DNA from: Octopus sinensis
Taxonomy: Eukaryota
DNA length: 64,000 nt
Direction: 5' to 3'
Assembly: GCF_006345805.1 (NCBI RefSeq)
Contig: NC_042999.1
Span: 81,344,001-81,408,000, forward strand
The notes beneath the pieces are model-generated. The model was given only the letters and a program-made list of their open reading frames with translations. It did not search any database and was not told the origin of the DNA. The translations under genes and the position numbers were made by a program. Each line of letters opens with the position of its first letter. Positions within the stretch are counted from its first letter, which is position 1. This document shows positions 12,866 through 26,545 of this stretch, one piece after another.

Positions 12866-15800
12866 ATCACCACCGCAGACGATGACCAAACTATTATCAT
12901 CGACACCAATAGAGTGACCGGCCCCGCACAATATATTGCCACCAGCCGAATTATTGTTTCCGCACTCGCCCTATTAACCAGATTTAGCCTTTTCGGACTG
13001 CCGTCTTTTCTCCAAGATGACTGTACAGCTCAAATGTCGACGTTTTAACACTCTTGTCGAGATCCAGAGTGAATCGCAGAAGGTCCTCAACTCGCTTCCA
13101 GAAACGACTTCCAGGTTGGATTCCAAAAGTGTCAAGAACACCGAGACCGGTGTATTGCTGCAAAAGGGGATGATGTTAAAACTTTGGAGGTAAATAGGTT
13201 ATTTTAAATTAAAGATAGCTAGTCCTGGAAACGCTTTGATACCAACTCGTTTATGTATGTAGAATAAATGTGTAAATGAAGAAAATTCAAACTTATTTTA
13301 GGTTCTTTATTCACTTGGTTGTATAATTTTATCTATACCTAACACTCTACAACTATATAAATATCAAATCCGAAGCAATTTTGTCAGTTCAGCTCTTTTT
13401 ATTCTCCTCGATAAAGATGTGCAATGGCAGCTTCTTAATTCGCTCTTAAACACAATCTTGCAGTATTTTAATAGCAGACTCTGATGTAAAATTCAGAACG
13501 AATCATTTACCCGCCGTAAGAAACGGTAAACATCGTTAAAAGTTGTTGTCTTCCTCCAGACAAAATCATTGTTCTTCATCGAATCAAGTTTGAAAATCAC
13601 AATATAGGATTTTAGAAGTTTTCCGATAATTACCAGCTTGTGTGTTTGATGAGTGATTTTAAGAGTCCACAAATGCAAACTGTTATTTGGTCAGATTTCT
13701 TCCATAATAACTCTGCCAGAAACACGCAGCTTTTGAAATAGCTATGATCGATAGAATCCAAACTATTTTGTCAACAAGTTTTTGATCGAAGATCAATCTC
13801 TTTTCCTTGGAGTTTCTAAAAGTCCGTATATACTTCAGTTGCACATGCCTCGTAAATCTTTCCAGAACTTTGTGTTAAAGATATTTTGGAAAACTGGAAT
13901 GGAACTAGGGAGAGCAACTAATGATTTCCAACTGAACAGTCTTATTCTTGTCACACAATTTCGTCTGATGGATAGCTTGTATTCTATTGTAATCTGATTT
14001 ACTTTATTTCTTATTTTCGTTTTTTCTTCTTTCAATTGTAATGGAATCACTACGAATGTGGAAATGTCTATACAATTTTATGTACAACGTTATATGTATG
14101 CACACGCACACATACATATACATGCAAATGTACACACACAAACACACAAACACACACACACACACACACACACACGTATATATAAACACTCATGTTTGCT
14201 TATATAAGTGTGTGTGTTTGTGTATGCCTGTCTATGTATCTGTACGTTTTTAGTTTTCTGTTGACTTTCGATACTTAACTAAAATTTCTGGTTTTGTTTC
14301 TCTGTAGACATCTTTGAATCACTATCATTTAAATTCTGCGATGGCTTTGCAGTCACGTAATTAGACATGAGGTAGTTGATAACGTGTATTAATCGTGTCG
14401 TTCCGATAGCGGATATTTCTGTCGTGTTTCTGTATATGCTTTTGTCTTTTGTTTTTAGCGAATATTTATTGCATCTATCTACTTTCCCTTACTTGTTGGC
14501 ATCATTTCAATGTTGGAATAGATATTTATTATAAGATACACGATTTAAAAATTTATTATATGATATAACATTTAAAATCCAAATGAAAAGCATTTCAGTA
14601 TATAGAAAATAGGTTATACTGTTCTGCCGGATCTCTAGAAAGGATTGTGAAAATATGAATGATTTAAATAATATGCTATCTGATCAATGTTAACTCTATA
14701 CCATAGAAATTTTAGAATTGCTTTAAGATTGTTTTCTTGATATATTTCACAGTAGCTGATGAGAACTTGAATAATTAGAAACGGAAGAAATGATGACGAC
14801 ATATTGGCGTATGTTTAGATTATTTGCAAGATTAATATATATATAATATACTATTAGATTACCGTATAATAAATTTCCTCATTTCTGCAAGCTTTAATTT
14901 AACATATCTTACTGTCATTTTCCGGTGTCATAGAGTTACATGAAATATTGACGACTCATAGCTTCCATAAATATTGCAATATTGTGTAGTTTTGTAACTT
15001 CTACTGAAGTATAGGCTACGATTACAATTGATTTGTGAAGAATAAATCTCAATAACACTTACTGGTAATATTTTAAATTAAATTCTCTGTTAACACAGTA
15101 AGATTTCACTCTATAATGAAGCAAAAATGAATTCAAGAGTAGTTAATTGAAGTGAAATTACAAGTAATCAAACTTCAGTTAGAAGAGACTACCAGCAATA
15201 AAACATAGACAAGAAGTGCAATTTAAATCAGTGCTGCGTGACATAGTTTCGTGTAAACTAATGTGAAGAGTAATATATAAAGTGTACCTCCGGAAGAAAG
15301 TAGTAAAATGTAGTAGTGTACAGTCTAACTTAATGGAATATCTAGAAATGGAGTTCAATGCTGCGTGGAACTGTATATAATCGACTGTGAGATAATTCAA
15401 ACACTACTTGACGAAGACAAATTCAATGTACAGCTGCACAGGTTCACTTAATAACATTTAGAAACGTTTTAGTTTGCATAAATAACTTAATGCATTGTTA
15501 TTTAATAGACTGTAATATAAGCTACGAGTATACTCGTTTACTAATCTCAGCAAGTTATATATTTCCATCAAAGGACACTAACAGTGTTATTTCAAATTAT
15601 TGTTGTATTTAGTATGCTTCAAATAAACGCAAATTCTTTGACCTCAGTCCCCCACTTAATTCAATTAATTTTAAATGCAAATATGAGAATAATTATAACA
15701 CATTTCAATTAAAATTCAGAAAATACGTGTTTTCTTTTCGAAGGACCGGAAAAAGGTTAATCTGTTTTCCCGACACATTTGAGATGTGGTTGAGTTTCTG

Positions 15801-16269
15801 GTTTAAGACATAATCCAGCAGATTTTGCATTCCAGTGTATGATTGTGGTCACAGTGAGCCAACGTACACGTATTTGATAGGTTTGAAAGTTCAAATCCGT
15901 CTCTATATTCTATTAAAATGGAGGCAAATTTAAACATTGAAAAAGAAATAAAGATATTTTGTATGAATGTTAGGAGACAGCGCGTGTATTTTTTCCGTCT
16001 CTCTTTCTTTGTTTCTCTTTCTTTCACTTTATTTCTTTTTTTCTCTCTCTCTCTCTCTTTCCCTCTCTCTCTCTCCTTTTCTCATCAAATATGCACTAGA
16101 ATTAAGACGAAAGAATGAGGTGAATGTGGCAGATATTAGAGAAATATTTATTTAAAGTAGTGTAAGACGGAATTAAAATCAGTGAAAAAGTCATAACGAT
16201 GCAGTAGAAATATTCACAAAAGAAGGAATGTTATACTACCTTATTTATTCTGATATTTAAATCACACCG

Positions 16270-19075
16270 AAGATTGTGTGTCGGGGCATCATCACCTCAG
16301 AACCGAGTAGAATAGAAGACATGAGGTCCATGAACAGCAAGGCCTCGTATGCTTTGGGTTAGGTATCTCATTAAACTCTCGATTTCGATACTCAGGCAGT
16401 CATCCACACTTATCAGTCCCCTTCCTTCATTTGCTATCTTCATGTATAGGCGATCAGTGTCTGCACGTGGATGATGGGCTTCATGCATCGTTAGGAGCAT
16501 TCTTGACTTCCTGTCCGTCTCCTTTAGCTCCTGCTCTGTCGAGTTCAGAATTCCAGCGCCATACCAACCCACTGCGTCTACGTGCGAGTTTATTGCTGAA
16601 ATTATGTTTCTGGCATTCAGCTTTGAAGCCAATATTTTTCTCACTCGCCGCAGGTACATTTTTTTTGTCTTTTGCTTTATGTTGTCGTGTTTGATTCCAT
16701 CTGTTTCACGTATCCCCAAGTATTTATAGAGGGATTTAGGCTGAATGGCCTTCATCATTTCATCACTTGGCAAACTTTCCTCGTCTCATCTCTATCGTTG
16801 CACATTTTGAGCGTCTAAACTCTATCTTAATATCATTGGAGAAAATCCGCACAGACTGGACTAGGCTGTCTAGTTCTGCCTCAGTTATTGTGAATAGCTT
16901 CAGGTCGTCTATGATAAGCAAGTGGTTTGGTTTTCTCTTACCTGTTCCCAGATCATACCCTAACTTCGTTTTCTGTATTATTTCACTGAAGGGGAATATT
17001 CCCAGCACGAATATGAGTGGGGACACATTATCCCCCTAGAAGATTCCTCTCTTGATTTTCACTTCTACTAGTACTTGCTTCTTTGCTGGCAATTCCGTTC
17101 TCCAGTATTTCATGCTATTCCATAAAAGGCTTCTCATATCCTCTACTGTTCCATACATCTCCATTATTCTTATTATCCAGAAGTGTGGTATCATATCGTA
17201 TGCTTTGCTTTAGTCACCCCATGCAACGCTCAGGTTTGTATTTCTTCTCTTGCCATTCCTGATAATTAGATTATCAATTAAGAGCTCATCCTTCGTTCCC
17301 CGGTTCCTTTTTCGGCACCTTTTGTGCTCAACGGGTAGCAGTCCACTTTTTTCCACTTATCTGAACAGTTCACCGGCCAACGCACCTGACATTAATTTCC
17401 ACGTTAGCAGAAAACATGTGATCCTTTGCACATCACAATATCATTCCCTTTGTCATCCAGCTGGGTAATGGCCCTTCCTGAAAGTACTCTACTAGCTGTT
17501 GTGCTATCCTTTCATGGAGCCCTCTCAACTTCTTCATCCAATAAGTTTGGACCCAATCCAGTCTTGTGCTCTTCCAATTTGAGAATTTTCTTAACTGTGT
17601 TTTTGTCATTTCTGTAGTTATCTTCATGTCTTCTTGGACTTCTAAATTTCTGAACCTATATTGGATATCATGCAGCCACTCCGCTTCATCATTATGCTCT
17701 ACTGGTTGGTTCCAAATCCCTCTCCAGAGAGCCTTACTTTTCTCTACCTCTGATGTCATTGTTACGTGTATCTGCCCATCTAATTCCTGAAACAGTTTTT
17801 TTCTGATTTGATTCAAACAATGTTTTGTCTGAACTGTCTTTTTCTATTTTCATATCATTCCAGTTTTGCTTTGATTGCCACTATTCTTTATATCAATTCT
17901 TCCAATATCAAATCATAACCTTTATCTCTTATTCCATATGTTCTTTTCAGCATTATTGTTATGCTTTCCTTCTGCAGTTCCCTTCTTGTCAATCGTTCAA
18001 CTTGTCGTGTCTTGTTAACTTTGTTTCTCACAAATTCGACTACACCAATATGGTTCCCTATCTTCTCTTTCTCCTTTTCTTTTGTATCCATTTTATTTGC
18101 AGTAACCATAGTTGCAGCTCAAATAATCTTGTTAGTTTCAGTTATATTTGTCGTCTGGAATAGCCCAAGAACTGAATCTATCTTTTCGGTTTCAACCTTG
18201 AGCTTGCGTCGGTCAATGTACCTCAGGTTGAGAGGTACTTGAACTTGGTCTTCTCTAATATATCAGCACAGCGCCCTCACTATGTCTTGTTGGTCATCAT
18301 CGTATTCTTGTGATATAGCTTTTCCTATTACTTCTGCTTCATTTGCTGAGAATGCATTTACATTTACACTTTGCTCTATTTCTTCACAGTCGCCTTTCGT
18401 TTTTCTGTCGTCACTGGATATGTTATATGTTGGTGAAATATTAATTCTATCTTCTACTTCTCTTTTTATCTCTTCTATTTCCATGTCTGTTAACCACCAT
18501 TTTGCTCTTATTGCTCTTGCCTAGTTGGCTAACCATTGCTCACTTGTTTCGAAGAGTCCTATCTCATTCCATTTTGCTTTCATTCGTTGTCGGAAACCCC
18601 ATTCTGCTGGGTTCACTCCTGATGCAGCATGCAATTACTGTTCGGTTTGCCTCCTTATCCCACCTTCTTTGCTTCTTCTGTCTTTGATTACAAGCAGTCT
18701 CTGGATAACGACCGAACCTGCGCTGCTCAATAACAGGCAACCTGCCGGACAAAGGGCTTTCTCCTTTGAGTCCATACCATTATTTCATACATTTGTATTA
18801 GACATTTTCACTCAAAATTCATTCGCGAGTCATTTGCTTTTATCCCAGGCATGGAACACTTGGACACTGACAGTATATCGGCGCTGAATTCTTCTGCCCT
18901 TTGAATTCTGGATTCTTCTGAATTCCTCTGCCCTTTGCCGGGTTTTGCTTATAATCCCGCAGGGTCTCCCGTTCTCACCAAGCAAGCTCAGTGGTGTTGA
19001 CGGTTTAGTCGCAGACGGCTCGAGGGTTTAACAACGCCGCTTGTTAATCATTCTGGGTAATTATCAATCTAGGTA
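16270..19075 (-). mobile_element. R4/Dong-clade LINE: 5' UTR, N-terminus and RT, with internal deletion before the 3' UTR
   Basis: Fragmented minus ORFs: LRKFSNWKS, LPSWMTKG, MSPLIFVL, NHLLIIDDLKLF (YMDD-equivalent), YKYLGI, DRLYMKIANEGRGLISVDDC; 5' end abuts (ATT)n at 19078. Confidence 0.85.
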
Positions 19076-19077
19076 TT

Positions 19078-19079
19078 TA

Positions 19080-19148
<69 letters not shown>

Positions 19149-19258
19149 TACTATTATTATTATTATTATTATTATTAATATTATTATTATTATTATTACT
19201 AGTAGTAGTAGTAGTAGTAGGATGAGGAGGAGGAGGAAGAGGAGTAATAGCAGTATTG

Positions 19259-19292
<34 letters not shown>
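19078..19292. repeat. Compound (ATT)n/(TAG)n/(GAG)n microsatellite
   Basis: Directly visible. Confidence 0.95.
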
Positions 19293-19295
<3 letters not shown>

Positions 19296-19299
19296 GTAG

Positions 19300-19575
19300 T
19301 TTTATTTTTATAGTGTGCTTTCACTTCACTACCGAGCGCAGCTCTGTGTGCCATGTGTATGTGCTGTGGTTTGCTCTAGTGCTCTTATGGATACTGTATT
19401 GCAAATGTTTTGCGTAGGATGTGTACAGTGCACAATAATGCAATTTTCTATACGTTATTTATACGTGTAAGTTCTGGTATTTTTGATATTTATTGTCTGA
19501 ATATTTTTTATCATAACTAATGCGCTCACTATGATTGGAATTTTTTCTGCTTTTCGATTCCACATTCGAGTTACC
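19300..19575 (-). mobile_element. R4/Dong 3'-end fragment (second family)
   Basis: Minus translation IPIIVSALVMIKKYSD resembles the C-terminal restriction-like endonuclease end (PIIVGALG.I); 3' end faces (ATT)n. Confidence 0.65.
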
Positions 19576-19589
19576 TCTATTATTATTAT

Positions 19590-20045
19590 TTATTGCCTTT
19601 GCACAGCTTCTAACGCTGGAGATGTACTACAGTGTCAGCTGTACACTACCAGTGTTGCATTTTTTACATACCATGCTATGTTGTTTTCTTCTGCTCAAAT
19701 GAAGTGTTCGCCTCCAATAAGTCCGCTTTCCCCTCTTTGTCTTGGTACATATAGACTCTCTGTGTCACTTTTTGTGTGGAGTGACACATATATAGTTATC
19801 AACTTCCTTGTCTTTCTGTCTACGCTGTGTAGGTTGACATGCGATTAACCTGCTCCATATCTCAGTAATGAAACCGCCCTGGTTTTGATGGGTTCGATCT
19901 TATTTCGTCCGTTTAATTTCGACTGAAGGATCAGTCTAAGTCTGTGCAAGTGCTCCAAAGTTTTCTGTCATTTCTTTCTCCATCAATTTATCCATTTCCA
20001 AAATCGCCAAGGACTTCTAGCCCGTCTCTTCTATCAGGTCGTTGA
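19590..20045 (-). mobile_element. R4/Dong fragment (third family), internally deleted
   Basis: Minus translation includes LAILEMDKLMEKEM and LYVPRQRGESGLIG; 3' UTR GCCTTTG(C/A)ACAGCTTCTAA...AGTGTCAGC...CACTACCAGTG is shared with 34924-34975; preceded by ATTATTATT. Confidence 0.75.
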
Positions 20046-20236
20046 ATTTTTGAATTTCAGAATTCCGTTGTTGCAATAAAAGTTGTATTTACGTATTTGG
20101 GTAATATATTAAAGTTTTTAAGTTTCCTTGAGATGTTCGTTTGTCTGTCCAGTTGGAGAATACAGTAGGGCGTTCGCAATGAAAAGGATGTTTACATTTT
20201 CGAATACGCAGGGAGAGTCAAAAAGAAAAGAAAACA

Positions 20237-20365
20237 ATTTAAGTTAAGTTAATTTTTTGGCTCAACAAGCAAATCGCAAGGCCATATAGGGGGACATGGA
20301 GTTATGTACAGGGTGGTGTTCATGCAAAGAGTTCAGGCCATTTCTGGTCAAGAGAGACTTTGAAC
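20237..20365 (-). mobile_element. 5'-truncated 3' end of the same CR1 family as 39164-44731
   Basis: Reverse complement matches 44596-44710 (TGGCCTGAACTCTTT.CATGAACACCACCCTGTAC.TAACTCCATGTCCCCCTA); short (AACTT)n tail. Confidence 0.85.
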
Positions 20366-21167
20366 CGAATTTACAACGTTCCTAATATTCTAACCTCTTA
20401 AAGCAATGCTTTAGAAATTATTAATTTACCGAATTGAATCTTCCGATACAGATAACAGTGACACAAAACAATTATATGAGGCTAAATATACACTCGTTTC
20501 GCTAGCATAGTATTCCAATCAAGGAGGAATTCCACCTCCCAATGTTGTTCAAAATTCTATTGAACCGTTAGTAATTATAAAGTAAAAAGATCAGAATTGG
20601 TGACATTCTCCATCTCTACTAACTAATATCCATTTGGTTAAAATAGATTGTTAGCATAAATTTTTGTCATGCGCCATACAAATATAACGAAACATTCATG
20701 AATTTATTAATACAAAAATATTGACAATAACTGAATTTCTAGCGTATGTGTGTTTCAAATTTATGGTTCTGGAGTCACTAAAGGAATCCGTGTTTATGCT
20801 CATGAAGTAGATGAAAATATCACTTGTTCTTTGAATGGTAGTCGAATAGGTGCTAGTGTGCAAAAGTTTCTCCCCCCGCCTTTTTTTGTTTTTGTTTTTT
20901 CAGAAATCCAATCAAATCTTCGGGTAGTGCTGGATAATTGTATTTCTATTTGTTTGGAAATGTTTTTGATCACATATATTGAAATTGCTTCTGTTATTCT
21001 ATCGTTCAAATAACCGCTACAGTGACTCTGAGAGGTCGATTGAACATCTATAAATAACATACATAACACATGCCAGAGTCTATTTGTGTGTCTGTGTCTG
21101 TTCCTGCCAAATTCTAAAAAAATATGTAAGAATATATATTTAACTTCACATACATACTTACACACAC

Positions 21168-21212
<45 letters not shown>

Positions 21213-22071
21213 CGTACGTTGTAATGTCTTGTATGTGTGTATATATTTATACACATACACCTACACACACGCATATATATACATACACACAGATAAATAC
21301 AGAGACTTGGAGAGAGAGAAGGAGAAAGAGAGAGAGTTAGTGAAGCATGTTATATTTATATAAACATATGCTTCCCTGTTTGAAATATCATAATGTTATG
21401 CTTTTTGTAGCAACAATAATTCTGTTACTCTGAATTATATTATTTTTCACCAGGTTAACAATGATATAATTGCGTCTACAATGCTACGTTTATGTGTATA
21501 CATCTATTTTCATATTTTCTTAGAATGCTGGGGAAAAAATATGTGTGAAATTTATGTATAACTGTATGTAAGAAGAAATAACCATGAGTATTCACAAAAT
21601 ATTTTAAGAAAGGGAACTACAAAAAATATTGAATATATTTTTTACTGCAGAGCACAGATATGTTTTCACTTTAGTGAGAAAAGTATGTACTAGATCATGT
21701 TGTACATCAGTGACATTTGTTGCTAATTTTTACGTTTGCGAACGATGATTTTATGCAGAAGACATGTATTTTTTGAAATAATGTTAGTTTCTTTCTCATG
21801 TATTGTAGCTGCTCAATTTCATTGATAATTTTTTTTCAGTCTTTCATATAGTATATTGTATTTTCATTATATATACATCAATGCTTGTTATCCTATTCAA
21901 ATACATATTCAAGTTAGCAGCGTTTTCTCACTTTTACCACACATAATTTACTTGTCGCACATTTAACATGAGATTATAGTTAACTTCAACAAATCACACA
22001 CTTCGTTGTAATATATAAAAAATTTGTTTCATAATCCAAATGTAATTGCATATAGATATAATATGAATAGA

Positions 22072-22105
<34 letters not shown>

Positions 22106-22111
<6 letters not shown>

Positions 22112-23123
22112 GGGCTCCTAAATTAGGATGCCGAGTGCTGGGAACACAAAAAGGGGATGAATTTATCGAGAGTGAAAATCAAAAACGTTTACCGATAACT
22201 TTAACAACTCGAACCGCGGTTTCTGCTTCTTTCTAGCAAAACACAGAATATGTTTGCTAAGGCAAGCTTCGTCAGCGAGTCGCCTAAATTGAATCGAGGT
22301 CTGCAGCGATGTGGGACCATGTGTTGAACACGACTACTAGCAGATCTTAACTTTTCAAATCTCTGCGCAGACGCAAAACTTACACGGCAGTATAGGGCAT
22401 GCCGGGAAGAATTTTACGAATAAATCCATCATGTAATATGCGAATATAAACAAGAAGGGTAAAGTTATCGGTAAACGTTTTTGATTTTCACTCTCGATAA
22501 ATTCATCCCCTTTTTGTGTTCCCAGCACTCGGCATCTTAATTTAGGAGCCCTTAATTGTATAACTACATGAATAATATTTTTCTATATGAATAATATTTT
22601 TGTCTTATGACTAATTCGTCTTTTGTGCTGGGCACCTGGTAGTAAATAATATTTCTACCCTTCTTGTTTATATTTGTATATTACATGATGGATTTATTCG
22701 TAAACTTCTTCCCGGCATGCCCTATACTGCCGTGTAAGTTTTGCGTCTGCGCAGAGATTTGAAAAGTTAAGATCTGCTAGTAGTCGGGTTCAACACATGG
22801 TCCCACATCGCTGCAGACCTCGATTCAATTTAGGCGACTCGCTGACGAAGCTTGCCTTAGCAAACATATTCTGTGTTTTGCTAGAAAGAAGCAGAAACCG
22901 CGGTTCGAGTTGTTAAAGTTATCGGTAAACGTTTTTGATTTTCACTCTCGATAAATGCATCCCCTTTTTGTGTTCCCAGCACTCGGCATCTTAATTTAGG
23001 AGCCCTTAATTGTATAACTACATGAATAATATTTTTCTATATGAATAATATTTTTGTCTTATGACTAATTCGTCTTTTGTGCTGAGCACCTGGTAGTAAA
23101 TAATATTTCTACCCTTCTTGTTT
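22106..23123 (+). mobile_element. Non-coding retrozyme/pLTR-like element: 454-nt unit x ~1.46 plus upstream inverted 355-nt copy, inserted in (TA)n
   Basis: 22461-22669 is repeated at 22915-23123; 22106-22460 is the reverse complement of 22657-23011; contains a hammerhead motif; no ORF. Confidence 0.85.
22835..22912 (+). ncRNA. Type I hammerhead ribozyme motif
   Basis: Stem I CGACUCG/CGAGUUG; core CUGACGA; long stem II (GCUU..UAGCAAACAUA/UGUGUUUUGCUA..AAGC); GAAA; palindromic ACCGCGGU stem III; GUU cleavage triplet. Matching copy on the minus strand at ~22205-22282. Confidence 0.8.
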
Positions 23124-23240
23124 ATATATATATATATATATATCATAATACTAATAATAATAATAATAATATTATGAGAGAATATTATTCTAAACTTATA
23201 GGGAAAAATTCAATTTAGAAATAGTAAATCAAATTTCACA

Positions 23241-23282
<42 letters not shown>

Positions 23283-24454
23283 TATATATAATATATATAT
23301 ATATTATATTATATATATTATGCATTATATATTATATTATATATATATTATATATTATAATACGTCCAATACTTCCAGAAAAATTATTCGTATTACATTT
23401 CAAAGAAAACGTTGATAGCCGCGGCAATGTCACGACGATTGTAACTCTGTACTTCTCGTATCTTCACCCTATATATATGTGTGTATGTGTGTGCAAGCCC
23501 CCCCCCCACACACACATACACAGACGCAAGCACGCACGCACACATTGAGACACATATATGTATGAGTATATATACCACATTCTTTATCAATATATCATGC
23601 GTGTGTTTTGTACGTATGGGTTTGTGTGTTTGTGTTTATGTTCGTCTCTGCCATTTTTATGTATGAAATATTGGCAACAGAAACCAAAAACTGTATTTTC
23701 CATAAATTTAATTTGCGAACTGTTTGTCAGGACCGAATGACACATACTCATTTGTCATTCTCCTCGTTATGAATTAGGTACGTCAATTATTGCACCTCTA
23801 GAAACTGCAAGAATCATCCGTGCTGCTCACCAGTAATGTCATAAAAGAAATATAAAATATCGATGATTTCCTGAGTGCATAAGAAAATTAAGTCACGGAA
23901 TTACTGGGTAATAATCAAGTGTTCAAGTAAAATATTTTACGAAGAGTAGTATAATATTAGTTTAAGTGAAACCCACGTCTCAATACACAAATGTTTGAGA
24001 TGTAGAAATGTAACCGCAGAGTAGTCGAAAATTACGCTGAACCACCCAGTATGTAATGGCTATGTTGCGAATACATTGAATATTATACAGCTGCAGTGGG
24101 TCTTTTTTTGTCCTTGTGTCCGTTTCTGGAAACTAGGTCTTCATTCGTGGATCAGAAAAGAAAAAGAGGATTCTGGTCCTTACAATTCAGACATTGCGTC
24201 TCTTATGAAGGAGTGAATTGGCCAATCAAAATGAAGATTATATAATTTGATAAGGAGTGGAAATATGTAGATACTTTATGACCTTTTCTTGTAGGATGCC
24301 ATCGCTACCATTTCAGGTAGCGATGATATTTAATACATCGCATTGTTGTCCAATGCACTGCTATCCAATTCATAAAAAAATTGTTTATATCTTCTATATA
24401 CTACATATGTATATATGAGATCTTTGACACGTACACATATTACATATATATAGA

Positions 24455-24720
24455 TGTCAGGACCGAATAGTTTTAGGACCGAATGCAGATATAGGACCGA
24501 ATATATTTCAACTTTCCCTCTTGAAGATAAATGAAGACGAACAGGACAGGTGCGTCCTTTGGTGCACTGATTGTTATAATCTATGGCTTTGGTTTAGTCA
24601 TTTTTCTTTTTATCTCTACGATCTGGTTGTCTATTAAAATAGATGAATTTTTCCTTCTTTCGTTCCTATTCCTTTATTAATCCCAATAAAATGTGACTTG
24701 TGGAGAATCCATTTCAGAAT
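24455..24720 (-). mobile_element. Possible DNA transposon remnant (FLYWCH/Mutator-like) with short repeats
   Basis: AGGACCGAAT x3 at 24459-24503 (also ~23728); minus translation NQCTKGRTCPVRLHL resembles a FLYWCH C-x4-C segment. Confidence 0.3.
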
Positions 24721-25414
24721 GATATTAAATATATCTCCAACTTATTAAACAGAAAAATTTCAAATTGCAAAATGATATTTAACGTCAAAAAGATATCAAT
24801 GCTTAACTGTTGATATTGTGAAAAAAAGGGGGAGCGACACAATAATTCTTAAGCCAATTGGATTGTATGGCTCTACATTTTCCATAAATTTAATGGAGGT
24901 TGAATGTCCCTCGGTTTAAAAGAGAAAAAAATCTAGAAATTTATGAAGCGGCTCCGAACCAACTATAATTGCAGACTTCAATCTATACTATATTATAGCC
25001 AAATGAATCATAAATCAATGCGCCAACTTTCAAAGGCGAAATTATTTAAAATTAATGAATCTAGCCTACTAAGATATAAAGACGAGAAATGATTTTATTT
25101 CTTTACCTAATATATTATACCTATTATCGATTCATTTATTATGTTTAACTACATAGTTTAAACATATTTAAGATGACTCGTATAAAAGTTCATAACAGGA
25201 AAATGATTCCATTACTTCGCAGAATTCAAATAGTCAGACACTACGTCTAGTGTGAATATGATGTGCAAAAGTGAATACAAGTTTTGTAATTTGGAATAAA
25301 CTCAAACCATGGAAAATCTAAATCTGCTGCGTCAGGTTGGCATTTCAATTGGAGATGGCTTTATACTGCATATACAAACATACATGCATGGATTCAAACA
25401 TACATGTATATAGT

Positions 25415-26545
25415 TGAAATGTGCAGAAAAACAAAACACGAACACAAGTGTATGAACAACAAGCAGGTGTATTAGTTTGACGCTCGTCGAAGTGAGAAAG
25501 TATTTTACATTTCGAGTCTACGCTCTTCAACAGAAAGGAATAAGAGAAAACAAACAGATGGAGAATAAAAAAAAATTGTGGGTTTAGCGATCAAGCATGG
25601 TGACCAGTTGGGAAAAACATTTGACAGGAGGGGTAGAAAGAAAGGGAGATAATAAAGTATTGGTGATCTCAACATGAAGGTGCGCGTGCGTGGGTGTGTA
25701 TGTGAGAATATGTAAGTGTGTATGTGTGGATAGGGGCTAGTAACTTTGGCGTGTGTAGGTGTGTACGTGTATAGGTGTGTGCGTGTGTGTATGCGTCTGT
25801 AATTTGTGGACGTGTGGATGATGGTATGTGGGTGTGCGGAGGATGGTGTGTAGACATGATTGTGTGTGGTGTAGGTGCTGAGAAGTGATCAGTGCTAGTG
25901 TGTATGGTAAGGATGCAGGGAAATTATCAGTGCTAGCGTGTGTGGTGGTATGGTATCGTAGGTGTGTGTGCGTGGAGTGGAGTGGGTGGAGGGGGTTTCA
26001 ATAAAGAGAGAAAGTGAGTACGAGTGAAGAGAGGAATTAGTTGTTAGAAGAGGAGAATAGGAGTGAAGAGAGGAAGTAGGTATCACACGAAGGGAGAAAA
26101 GGAGGGCAGTGAGATGAAGTGACAAGGGGGGTTGAGCCTCTGTGGGGCAAAGGAGAGAAGAGAGAAGATTAATTTCTGTTCACGGCGAAGGTGGAAGTCC
26201 AGATGGCCCCTGTGCGGAGATAATCCGAACAAAGAGAGTGAAGAGAAGTTTAGAGGTGCCAGGAGGGAAAGAGCCTGGGAGCATGGTTAGTGTCGTGGAT
26301 GTGAGAGGGGAGGGAAGCTACTGGGGGCAAGGAAACGGTCGAAGTATTTTGAGATGAATTCCGTGGGGCAGTTACAGGCGGAGACGATGGGGCGGTCAGG
26401 TTTGTAGGGCTTGCTGATTTTCGGAAGGAAGTAAATGGTCGAGATGCATAAGGTTGGATGCGGTGGGAGGGACACGGAAGAGGTCAAGGATAGCGGAGGA
26501 CACAGTCTGTTGGTAGTTAGGCGTGGGGTTGGAGGGCAGATGTGA
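25415..26545 (-). mobile_element. Internally deleted Penelope-like element (RT N-terminal fragment plus 3' pLTR)
   Basis: YFLPKISKPYKPDRPIVSACNCPTEFISKYFD matches the PLE RT N-terminal motif (LPKIHK..GRPIVS); 25415-25680 is the terminal repeat also seen at 47915, 54035 and 60990. Confidence 0.8.

Noticed and set aside
13470-14000. Protein-like stretch, possibly a decayed transposase
   Set aside because: Stops in all frames and no motif recognised; the same holds for 48440-48700 and 56900-57260.
18880-19075. HDV-like ribozyme at the Dong 5' end
   Set aside because: GC-rich and plausible by precedent, but I could not draw the nested double pseudoknot by eye; it needs a motif search.
20800-21050. 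Possible minus-strand exon (DVQSTSQSHCSGYLNDR...) after a TTATTTATAG acceptor
   Set aside because: No recognisable domain, no clear donor and no partner exons.
22461-23123. CRISPR-like array or LTR pair
   Set aside because: No spacers, no TG...CA ends and no primer-binding site; it is a permuted tandem unit.
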